The position numbers and the translations under genes are program-made. The notes beneath the pieces are model-generated. The model saw only the letters and a list, made by a program, of their open reading frames with translations, had not been told where the DNA came from and did not search any database. Shown piece after piece: positions 53,330 to 64,000 of a stretch of 64,000 nucleotides of DNA. This DNA is from Raillietiella orientalis (Eukaryota), in contig JAYWIR010000003.1 in NCBI GenBank assembly GCA_036172245.1, positions 5,208,001 to 5,272,000 on the forward strand, written 5' to 3'. Every line of letters begins with the position of its first letter. Position 1 is the stretch's first letter.

Positions 53330-56300
53330 CTTACCCATCTTCTCTTCCTCCGTGGTCATCGAAGTTACTGTTACGAGGGATGCCGTAATAGGTTTCTCTC
53401 TTCGGGACGTCCTGTAGGCTGAAGTTCGGCAGCATCTTTCGCTTCGTCCAAGAGCTGCTTCATGGGGTCGGCGCACATCTTGGGTACCACCTGGTAGTCG
53501 CTCTAGCCGATGGGGTCCAGTAAATATCTCCAGTGCGGCAAATGCAGGAGGCAACCATGTGCTCCCTGATTTTATCCGCAGGACACATTCGCAGGACAAC
53601 CAATGCACAGAGGACTGCTTCATCTCTGGAGTCCCAAGTTTCCAAAGGTCCAATGATGATGGCCTTTGTATCGACTCCTTTCTTGGATTGCTGGCAATAC
53701 CTTGGCATTTGGATACTTTCTCGTCCCTGGAGATGCTGGAGGTTTCTTCCCCGTTCTCAAAGGAGCAGGCTGCTTCCAACACCACCATCCTGTTGCTCTT
53801 CTAGCCTCAGAGTTGAATCAAGATCAGGAGCGCGCTGATTCTCGGAAACCGGTTCCATCGTGCTGTTTTGCAGCTGCTATTTTGATCTTGTCCACAAGCG
53901 CGTGTCTCATGCAGTGGTTTGTTGTGAGACAACGTTTCGTCCCATAGACCACAACGACGACGCGAGAGATGAGTTTCCCTTCTGCTGGCAACTCCTCTTA
54001 TGAGAAACAGATTTACCCTTGGAGCACGGATGCATCTGTAGTCGGCAAACCTCAGGTAGTCTTCACTGTAAGAAAACAGTCCGACGTGCCATGTGGTCCG
54101 ATGCAGAGCATGACTTTCCAGACGCTTCTTTGCCAGAGATCGTCCATGCTTTGTCGCACTGTGCAGCTCTCACAAAGGAGAAAAATCTTCTCCTCATGCT
54201 GATATAAAGAATCATTTCGCTGATTCTAATTATCGATCCTTCTTCTTGAACCTTACAAACTGTTTCTAATCTTAACGAATTCTAATTCTTCTAATAGCCT
54301 GTCTTCCGATGGTCCACTAAGCTTTCGTATATCCTCACTTATTCAGGAAAACGCTCCATATGTGTCGCCCGACATAAACTTGCCAAGATCATCCACCGTG
54401 GGTGTCAAGAGAGAATTTTCTTCAACAACACCTCACGGAGTTTCGTGGGCTCATGTTTTCACGACGTCATCCAGCGAGGATAACAACTTGAAGCAGTTGT
54501 TCACGATGAAGGTACCTGCCCCATCTGACAGCTTCATGAGACCAAGATAGCCCATTTCCCTCTTCCCACTTTCCCTCTTCATTGGCTGCCCTGGACGAGA
54601 GATGCGGCAATGTCTTGGTCATCTGTCTTGTTTTCTTATTCAGATATTCCCAGTCGTCTTTCTGATGCGTTCCCAGTCTCTCGTAGTGCACGAAGCTGTG
54701 GAAAAGGAAGATTTCGAAGCATTGAATTTTTGCCATGCCGAAAGGACACAGTTCAGCTTTGGCAAGGATTTCTTCTTTAGAAAAAGGAGTCTTGAATATT
54801 TCAATCCCAACTTCCTGGATACTTATAGGTCTCTCATATATTTATCTTGTGAACTGAATCAATGCTAACGGTCAAGTCCAATCAGACCTGGAGGAGTCTT
54901 GCCACAATAGAAAAGGCAGAAGCATTTGGAAGGATTCATTGCTAAACCAGTTCTATTAATAAGATCCTCCGAACGGAGTGGACTATTTCTTTGGTCCTCT
55001 TCGGAATCTGCAAGGATGACTAAGTCATCGGCATGTGCCAAAAGGACACTGTAGCCGCACCTCCTTACACGCAGGTTTGGCAAGATGAATAGAAGTGGAC
55101 TCCGAGGATACCCCCATTTCACTCCTCTGCTCAGATGAAGAGGTCTCGTTACAGAAGATTCCAACTGAATACATACGCAGCTGTCGGAGTACAGATCTTA
55201 GCATCACGGTGTGCGAGATGGTGCCGAAAGCAAATTAAACAAAAACTATCTGAATGTTCGTAGATGATCCACGTGAGGCATTCAGTCGCGTTTGTAGAAC
55301 AAAGTTCTGGTCAAGAACTCCATCGAAGGGTAGCAAATTCTTCTCATGGGGACGGACCACCTTGTTTTCCAGGATCCATGCTCGCAACCTTGTCGCTCGA
55401 CATTTCGTGTAAAGCCTATAAATACTATTGCCAATGCTAATCTCTTCTAAGGAGGCAGAATCTTTTGGGATTAAAATTGTCCGGGTGCACTTCCACTCTT
55501 CCGGAACTTGGCTGAACTTCAATAATAAATTGAACACGAGTGTTGGAAGGGTAGCTTCCGGATCAATCATCCTCCATCCTGAGTGTGTAATCCCGTCTAC
55601 TCAGGGGGAAGAATTCGTAAGAGCCCTGCGTAAGAGAGTCGAATCCTATCCTTGAGTGAAGGGAGGCATTTCTATGGGAGACATCTGGCGTTCTCTCCCT
55701 ACTTGTATTTTTTTTCCGGCAGGTCGTCATCAGTTTCATTGGTGAGCTCTAGTTAATGATAGAAATGCTCCTTGATAGCCTTTTGATCAGTCCAGCATCT
55801 GAGCTCAAGTTTTCCCCAAATTGCTCTCATTGCCCTTCTTCAATTCAGGTTGTATGATTTTTGAATTGAGAATTTGTAGTGAGGGTCCACAGTCAGACTC
55901 TCTGCGCGTGGTTTTGGAAGCTTTCTGTTTGGAACGAGGCTCAATTTTTCCAAAAAGGAGTCGTGTTTTCCTTGTTGTCTAGCAACAGTTGGAAGCAATT
56001 CTTCTCTTCCGAAAATTGCCACGTGAAATTCTCGTCTCCCGCTGTACCTTTTCCTCTTTTCCTGCTCTCTTTGAGACCTGTTGGCTGTACTCCATTTGGA
56101 GTTGACAATTCTTTCCCATCGTCGCTCCCTTTCTCATCAGGGGTCAAAGAAGGCACCAACTCACCTTCTTCCATCTGCCAATTTGAACATTTCATGTGGC
56201 ATTCGAGTTATCTCTTCGCTTCCATTAAAGAACTGCGGATCAAATACATTCTCTTTCGCAGCCGGGAGACTCCCTCTCCTATCCCGAACAACATACAAAG

Positions 56301-57100
56301 GAGGCGAGAGTCATTCCGGAGAAGACAATGGCAGAGCAGAATGCACTTCCAAAGCATTTTCATCTTTCGTCTAAAGCCGAAGATTTCTTATGCTCTCATC
56401 CAATGGGAACCACAGCAATTACTTGAAGGTTTCCAAGGAAACCATCCTGACGCTGAAAGGAATTTATCAGAGGCAAATCTTGGGCCCCTTCCTTGTCGGT
56501 TGGCTCTTCCAGCTCTTGCACGACCCTTCCAAGAGAATCCTGTAGCGTACCTAGGCTTCCTCTCTTTTCCTTTGTACAGACCATCATTAAAACCTCTACC
56601 GATGATGGGGTCACCCGCCTCTCTACCCGAGCATGACAGATTCGGTGATTGAGAATGTCTCTCCTAGTACCAAAGGGTATGAAAATCTCAAATGATACAT
56701 CAAGAGTGTGCATCAACACATAAAGAGTGGCCGCTGGGGCAGCAGAAACTGAGCGGGGTGCAGCATCTTCCGGACGCCCCTGGTCTGGAGATTGCTTGGC
56801 CAATATGTAGTTCAGCATATCCTGCATCGGTAAGGCAGTCGCGCGTTTTCAAAATCCTGGATCACACGCACGAGACTCTTTGTGCTTTGCTCTTGAGCGT
56901 GTGCCACTGCGGTTCGTCAACAGCACCGCGGGCCAACGGAGATGCTAGGGGAAAGAGGTAGGTGACCACGCTAGTCACGGGGCCAAATTCTACTCTTTCA
57001 ACTTTTTTGCATTGCTGAACCACTAGACACCAGGCATGGCCGCGCTTCATGGCTTCCAGGTCACAGAGGCAGGCAGGCAGAAGAGCCCAAAGTGCAAGGA
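53330..57100 (-). mobile_element. Near full-length decayed RLE-clade (R2/NeSL-like) non-LTR retrotransposon
   Basis: Motifs in order: RVEFGPVTSVVTYLFP; zinc-finger-like FGTRRDILNHRICH; VPEEWKCTRTILIPK...NSIYRLY...LLPFDGVLDQNF; GVKWGYPRSPLLF; LAHADDLVILA; MNPSKC; RLE VLEAACSFENG...KAIIIGPLETWDSRD. Same family as 18400-22200. Confidence 0.85.
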
Positions 57101-57399
57101 TCCAGAGGGAAATCGCCAGCAATGCGGAAATGATAGTTGGGAATTCCAGCTGGAAGCAGCAACTGATAATTACTTTTATATATCACAAGCGATTAGGGCG
57201 CCTTCACTTCTAGCCTCGAGGATCTCAGGATCCTGCTACTGAGGCATCCTTCCGATCTACCATCCCCCGAATACAATCATCGCAGTAGCACAAAGAAAAG
57301 GCAATCTTCAATTCATCAAGTTGGCTACCTGCGACCTCAATCTAAGGCTTCTCTGTGTTTTCAGAACTATCCAGAATTAATGATTTCACTTCTTGCTAC

Positions 57400-58050
57400 T
57401 TGTACATATTTGTATGCACATATATATACATATATTCATATATATTTATGCATGCATATATATGTATGTATGCACTCCTACATATGCATGCATTTCTATC
57501 TATATATTAGTATACACATGCATACATGTACTTAGTCATATTCCTAACACACGCTTTCGTATGTGAGATTTGCTTGTTTTTTTTATTTTTTCCACCATTT
57601 TGGCTACAATTATTGCTTATTTTTAAAATTCGGGCCTTTATTTGTTTCTTATACAGAAACATGATCCTTAATATGTATATCAATAATATCAGCAGCCTCA
57701 TTGTTTAAACAACAACATGTATTTGATGGATATTAATAAATATATATATTTACATAATATTATCAATAATATATGTGTTAACAAATAATGATGAGTATAT
57801 TGTAGAAATAAATTTGCATATTAATCTACATGTAAACATGTATGTTATATACAATAAGCACATATATTTGTTTTTTGCAATCTTTCATATATATATATAT
57901 CAGTAATGAAATCAACAGCTTACTAATTACATACAAAAAGTGCATGTCAATAAATACATGCTTTCAAATAATAACATTACTGCTAATAATGCACACGTTC
58001 ATAAATATGGATAACCATGTATATCAAAATGAATTTGCATGTAAATCTAC
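57400..58050. repeat. AT-rich low-complexity tract
   Basis: Degenerate (TA)n/TATG/CATA units. Confidence 0.8.
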
Positions 58051-58515
58051 GTAGAGGAAGCCTATGTGTTTATTTTTTATGACCGCTCGGGTTTCCGACC
58101 CCACACCCCTGTAAAAGAGACGGTGATTTTCGGAGAATGACCTCTCTGTCTTTATTCTGATGAACCCAAGAGACCTGCATCCAGATGCAGCTAAAACATC
58201 ATGGAATCTCAGATGACTCTCAGATGCCGTGCATGGAAAAATTCAGGATCATTGATGCATCACCAGCTCACTCCCTGCCGCATGTGCTGATGATTTAGGA
58301 AGCCATGCTCCTGAGTGCGCTGATGCTGCAGATCAAATTAAATCTCCTGCCTCCCAGAAAGCACCCTGTCCGACAGAGAGCGTGCGATGGACGTGGCCCT
58401 TCCTCTTTGTCACTGGCCGAGGAACGTTTCGCTTCCCGAAGACGGATCCCGGCTCGTTTCTATGTACAAAAGAGGGAGAGGTCTTGCATTTCGAGCGGGC
58501 GGGTGCCATGGCAAC

Positions 58516-61380
58516 TCAGTAGTAGCTCAGTTCTATCGTGGATATTCCGAGGGCATCCAGAAGCGGCCTGATAGACCTGGTTGCCGCGTCCACGCACTTT
58601 TCTATCCTGGAGAGCGACACCCTGCCGCTTTCCGCCAAGCATGAATACACCATGGTGACGGGGGAAACCACGTTGAGGCACGCGCATGTAACGTTCTGCC
58701 TCGCGTCCTTCCCTTTCTGGCTGAAGCGGCAAGACGCTCCCGACCACAGCGGATTCTCCATGGACAGCTGGACGAGTAGGCAGCTGACGTTCGCCAGCAG
58801 CAAGCCGAAGGTACAGCAGACGTGCTTGTTCAGAACGGTGACCTCCTCCTCCAGACTCTGGAGGGACGAGAGGCAAGCTGCTCCGGACGCGGAGAGGACT
58901 CGGATGGCGTTGCGGAAGTGGAGTTTCTGGCTTAGGTGGTTCGCCTCGTCCATCGCGATCTGAAACTGGTCCGTCAGCAGGAACACGTTCGTTTCCACGT
59001 GGATGATCAGGCGGGATATCTTCTGCAAAGAGAAAGATATGGAGGAGATTCTCCCAGCACGGGGAAGGAGGCGTCCAGCGTTTCCCAGGAAACGAGGAGG
59101 GTGGTGGTGCGGACAGGTGTTCCTCCTCCTTCTCCGATGAAACGCTTTTTGGATCGCTCTGCTTACTTCCCTGGACCGGGTCAGGAAAATAAGGGGCGTG
59201 GGGAGAGGAGATGAAGGAAACGTCAACGCTCGGGGAGCGCCGCTAGTCCTCAAGGCATGGGCTCCCCCGTCCTCCCCTCCAGGGCGCGCATACCTCTGCC
59301 GTCAGATCCTTCGTCGGCAGGGCGTTCAGCAGGTTCACGACGTAGTTGATGTCGATGAGGGCCTTGCGCAGCTTCACCATGTTGAACATCCCGGTCACTT
59401 CGGGCTCGCTGCCCTCTTCCAGCACGGCGAACAGGCAGCCAGCCGAGGAAGCGCCTTCCACCAGGCCGACCACGTGGTCGCATATGTCGTGCAGGATCTC
59501 GGGCAGCTGGGAAAACGGGAGGAACCCTCCGGTGCATGCGGTGGGCACCACCGGCGACCCTTTCCCCACACTACCTGACCCTCGGGAAACTCCTCCCTCC
59601 TCAACATCGTGAGAAGCTCCTTGAGTCGCAGCTGCAAAAGCCTCAGGTCGTGCCGAATGGTATCCCGGAGCACGTTCAACCTTCCGCCTCTGGTTCTGGA
59701 GCCCGGGGAGTCCAGGATTCGGACGTCGCTGGAAAACGGGAGCGAGGTCGGAAGGAATCCCTTTTCCCCCCCTCCTCCATCCCCTGCCTCCCCCCGGATC
59801 CCCACTGGCGCGCACAGCAGCAGCGTAACTCACTTTGTCAGGAGCAGCAGACCCACTGTGTTCTGTATCCTGCTTTCCCACAGGCGACAGAGCTGCTGCG
59901 TCGCGTCCATCGGCACACAGAGGACTGGCTCGCGCGCCAGCGGCACCGCCTGCTGCTGCGCACGGCGGCAGCGACGGGACTACGGGCGTCGAAGGTCCTG
60001 CCCAGCCTCCCCTAGCACGCCCGACCCCCTGACCCGCTCGGGCGCGCGCGCGCGCCCGCCTTTTTTTGTTCCGCGCCGGGGCCGACGGCAGCCAGAATCC
60101 TGGCGGATTCCCACCTCCTCCCTCCTCTGCCTGAGCGGCACCGGAGAGGCCGGACTCCGGCCCTCCTAGTCACGGGGGACTGCACTCACGCATCCTTCGG
60201 CTACAGACGCTTCTGTTTCCGCAGGTGCCTCCCTTCCGAACGTCCGGGCACCGATCGATGGGAGGAAACAGCGCTACCACGCGATTTGCGTGCGCTCGTT
60301 TCCGTGGTGATGACCGCCCGCAGTTCGGGAGGCATCGCGGGTCTCCCCCGCAGTCCACGCAGAGTGCATGGGAGCGTTCTAGGGGTCAGGCAGATACCTT
60401 CGGGAAAAAAAGATGTCTCCTTCCTTTATAACACATTCCTGCTCCCTTCCGTCTGTTTCCTTCCGGAGCGGAGCGCCTGCCCCGCTCCTTCCCAAGAGAG
60501 ATATGGATCTCGAATGGCGCTCGTGGTGTCGTGCGCCGACGGAAGGCAAGCATCTCTGCCAGAGGAACTCCCCAAGGGATGAAGCATCAATCCATCTTCA
60601 TCGTAGATCTCTTGGGATGAGGCTGGTGAGGCTAGAACGGTGGTGACTCTTCGAGGGGATGCAGGGGGGAGAAATGGGGTTCTCGCGGCCGCTAAAAGCA
60701 CCTGCCACATGCCTAATTGCCCCGATGAGAAGCAAAAAAGGGACGCCTCTTCCTCTCCCCTCCCTTCCCGATGCTCGAATCCGAAAAGTTCCGTGGTGCT
60801 CAGCCTGACACCATCCCTTTCCAGAGACCCATTCTAGTAAAGGAACGAGCTTCTGGCGCATCGCTAGATCTCAGTGGTAAGAGCACAGAGCTGGTAGCGC
60901 TGGCACCTGAGAAATGCACCAGGGAAAAGTCGTGGTCAAGCAGCCGCCGCCTCCGTCAGTATCGTGGTCCGTCATCGCCGTCATCTACTCGGCAGAAACC
61001 CCCTCACAGTCGTCGCCGTTCAGCGACGACAACGAGGCCCATCTCGTCTCCATCATCGACACACCCCTCATCGTCATAACCATCATTGTTGCTGCCATCA
61101 TCGCCGCCGAGGGCACCAACCTCCGAATTAGCGCGTGTGAGCGGAGCGTTAAAAAGGGGAGAGGGGGAGGGGGGAAGCGACCGAGGCAGAATCTCCCGTG
61201 CGAACTGTAGCGTGTCAGCACCAGCTGGTCCTGCAGGAACGCACGAACCTCTTCCCCGTCCTTCCCGCTAGCGGCTCGCCTACACGGGCAGCCCGTGGTG
61301 TCGGAGAGACTCACGGAGAGCGCGCGGTCGATACGGACCACGCCAGCGATGATGGCATCCAGCTTCCTGGTTCGCGGCAT
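58516..61380 (-). CDS. Spliced gene for an uncharacterised helical protein (~316-361 aa), possibly a divergent vinculin/alpha-catenin family member
   Basis: Phase-consistent GT-AG exons 59979(or ATG 59910)-59834, 59728-59575, 59506-59294, 59022-58516 with high GC3. A tentative first exon 61380-61315 (MPRTRKLDAIIAGVVRIDRALS|gtgagt). The family call is by eye only. Confidence 0.7.
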
Positions 61381-63747
61381 CCGCACCCCTGCACGCTCAT
61401 CGATTCGCGGCCGCCAGAGCCAGTGAACCGTAAAGCGGCAAGCCGCCACCACCTCTACTTTCACTGTGGCGCAGCGGCGTTCTTTTTCATCTTTTCCCCA
61501 ATTTCCGTTTGTTTCCTCCTCCTGGAGGTGGGGCGCGCAGCTTTAGCCGTTCCTGCACGCTTCCTCCGTGGATCCTCCCTCCCGCTCCCGAATCCGGACC
61601 ACAAGATCCATCGTAGGCAAGCAACTCCTGGAGGGTAAGCAGGGCAACAGAAGAAACTCGCTAGAGGAGGAGGCAGAGCTGTCAGCCGCTTATGAGCGTC
61701 CCCTTTCTTTCCTGCCCAGCAGGAGGAGGAAGGTGCAGCTGGGCCTCCGCAGCAATCATGGGAAGTCCTCTCCCGCTTGGCTAACAGTCCTCTTTTCTCT
61801 CATCCCTTCCTTCTTCGTCCTCTACCCTGAGCAAGAACAGAGTTTCGGAAGGAAGGGATTTCCCTGTCCTGTGCTGCGGCTACGTTCCGAAACCTTAGGA
61901 TGAGGTTCTGCAAGATCGGCATAGAGCGGAAGGATGGTAACAAGTTGATGAAGTTCCCGAGTCCTCCCAGGGAACCTCGCAAAGAGGACGAGGGAGTTCA
62001 GCTCCGTGTCGGCACAGGATGGCTAATGATCGCCTCAATGTCCAGTTCCCCTCTTCCTCCATGGAGCATTGCGTGGTGGGAGTCTTCGCTTGTGCACAAA
62101 GCAGTGTCATCAGAGCACGACCTTCTTTCCACAAATCTCTTGGACTGAAGCCTAGAGCCGAGGGCCCACCTCAAAAAGAGTGGAGCTCCAATCGGAAAGT
62201 CGTGCCATCTTGAATTCCTGGAGCTGACTGGAACCTTTCCCTCCGCGTGCAGGAAGCGAGTCGGTCGCGTGAGCGGTGGCGGTCAAGGAAAGTGTTTGCA
62301 CTTCCAGTCGCTAGATGGTGAAGCCGTGCCCTACTCGAGGACGGACACTGCGATGAGGACTGCACCGGAGAAAACCTCCCTGAGAGCGCACGTGTGACAA
62401 CCATCTTGCAAAGCACTGTTCCCTCGTTATGAATCCCCCCCGGTGGTTCTTGGAAACTTTTTCCGAAAGAAATCTCCTGCACGCGCGTGGAGGGAACGCA
62501 GACCGATAAGGATGAGCAGGTCTCGACAACGGTGATACCAAAATCACGCCGCCATCTGCGGGTCCGTTGGAAGACCTCCAAAGAGTTCAAAGAAAGCTTT
62601 CTGAGACAGTAATGGAAGCCTCCCTTCGCATCCGATAGACGGAAACCGATAGGAAGCTCGACGGTTCCATCACTCGCCAGCAGAAGGCGGTAACGGCGGA
62701 TCACGTAAGCGGCTACTCTCATGGGCCTCCGGAAAACGCAGACTTCCAGCTTCCAGAGAGCCAGCTGGAGGAAGCCGGGATCTGGGACTGTGGAGCGTTG
62801 AGGCAGCCGAAGTCCTGCTAGCTATACAGGGATTCAACCACGTCCTTCCCATAAGACAAGGCCTATTGACGCGACTTTTGACCTGTTGCATATGGGGGAC
62901 GTCGCCCGCACCCTTCTTGGTTGCTCCCTCTCTCCGACAATCGAAGGGTTTCCACGCGAACAGGTGGCAGCTCTCCACCGCTCCCAAACAGCCATCGGGG
63001 ATGGCCATGGTGCACATAAATGTTCCGGAACAGGGATGTTCGGTGCGGTCTCGAAGCGGAACTGGAAGCCTGTTCTTTCGCACGAGTGGTGCGCATGCGT
63101 GTGGCAAGTACTTGCCAGGAAGCCAGAGGCCCTTCAACCCGTCTTCCCAGAGCCACGTCCTTGACCGCCTGGTCCCGGAGATCCTAAATTCAACATGAAT
63201 CTTCTGGATCTTTTCTCGAGGGATGGTGCCCAAAAAAACGAGCAGTCCATGACCTGCTGGAATAAGGGAGTCGGACAGGCGGCGCACCAGCATCCCTGGA
63301 AAGACGGCGCTCCGAGAGCAGCGAGTCCCTCGAGCTGGAACGCCAGCGAGATTGCACGAAATGGGAAATTCAGGAACAGTGGGGATCGGTCAAAAAGAGC
63401 CAGCAGGAAAGAAAGACACAAGAACCGAAAAAGAGGGCACCGAAAGATCTTGTAAGCGACGATGCGGGACCCGGAAGGGGGTGGAACATCTCGCAACCGA
63501 GGTCGCGTCCATGCCGTTTTTTATTATTACGTCGTTCTCGAAGTTCTTGGGTGGTTCTCCTGCCTCTTCCCAAAGTGGGGCAAGAGACTAGAAAGGCCAC
63601 TTCTCCACGTACAGGAGAGACGGAATGGGGACTGGAAGACGCGCCGAAACCCGGAAGCATGGAGGGACTCTCGCCTGGCTCCATCTGTCTCCCCCTACCG
63701 AGATCCTTAAGGAGAAAGTCCTGCTGTATCACAGAGGGAAACCGCCG

Positions 63748-63938
63748 CTACACGTTGATGGAGGCAGGGGTGTTGCTCCTGGCTACCCCACCACACTTGA
63801 TCGGGGAAGACGGCTCTGACTTGGGTTTAGAGAGCGTCTGGAAGTAGGCTGTGTCCATGAGGGAGTTGAGGAAGGCGAGCTGGTTCCAGCTGGTCTTCCG
63901 GAAGCCCTTGCGCAAGACGACTGCCCGGTGCAGGTCGG
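63748..63938 (-). CDS. Terminal coding exon of an unidentified gene extending beyond the window
   Basis: Acceptor ttcttaccttcag|, frame DLHRAVVLRKGFRKTSWNQLAFLNSLMDTAYFQTLSKPKSEPSSPIKCGGVARSNTPASINV-stop, strong G/C third-position bias. Confidence 0.6.
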
Positions 63939-64000
63939 CTGAAGGTAAGAACATCCTCTCCCAGTCTCCCAGCCGGATGTTGGTTCTGGAACGGGGACTG

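Noticed and set aside
55879..56652. Longest plus-strand ORF (257 aa)
   Set aside because: Antisense shadow of the minus-strand retrotransposon; no protein-like features.
61500..63455. Possible plus-strand gene in GC-rich DNA with several splice-like sites
   Set aside because: I could not build a phase-consistent exon chain; stops occur in all frames.
1..64000. CRISPR arrays, nuclear rRNA, tRNA or operon-like prokaryotic systems
   Set aside because: None seen; spliced genes and LINEs show the window is eukaryotic. Single short tRNAs could be missed by eye.

Overview
Eukaryotic nuclear DNA, most likely from an arthropod or another invertebrate; no prokaryotic features or CRISPR array seen. 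(1) 1-31 kb and 42-58 kb are mostly decayed transposons: R2/NeSL-type RLE non-LTR elements, CR1-like LINEs, a gag-like repeat family and a TTAA-flanked piggyBac-type MITE. Within this lies a ~3 kb deletion-eroded mitochondrial insertion (NUMT: nad1+, nad2-, rrnS/rrnL+, nad5+, a non-ancestral order). It directly abuts an A-rich block with a CRESS-DNA-virus-like Rep SF3 helicase remnant. (2) 31-42 kb is an AT-rich housekeeping island with three intact spliced genes (CHP1, SART1, TRNT1). Nearly all their introns are 39-54 nt, and SART1/TRNT1 converge with only 70 bp between stop codons. (3) 58-64 kb is GC-rich and holds a phase-consistent spliced gene for a ~360 aa helical protein that by eye resembles a very divergent vinculin/alpha-catulin head, plus the last exon of another gene. 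All family assignments are motif recognition by eye; no searches were run, and TE boundaries are approximate.
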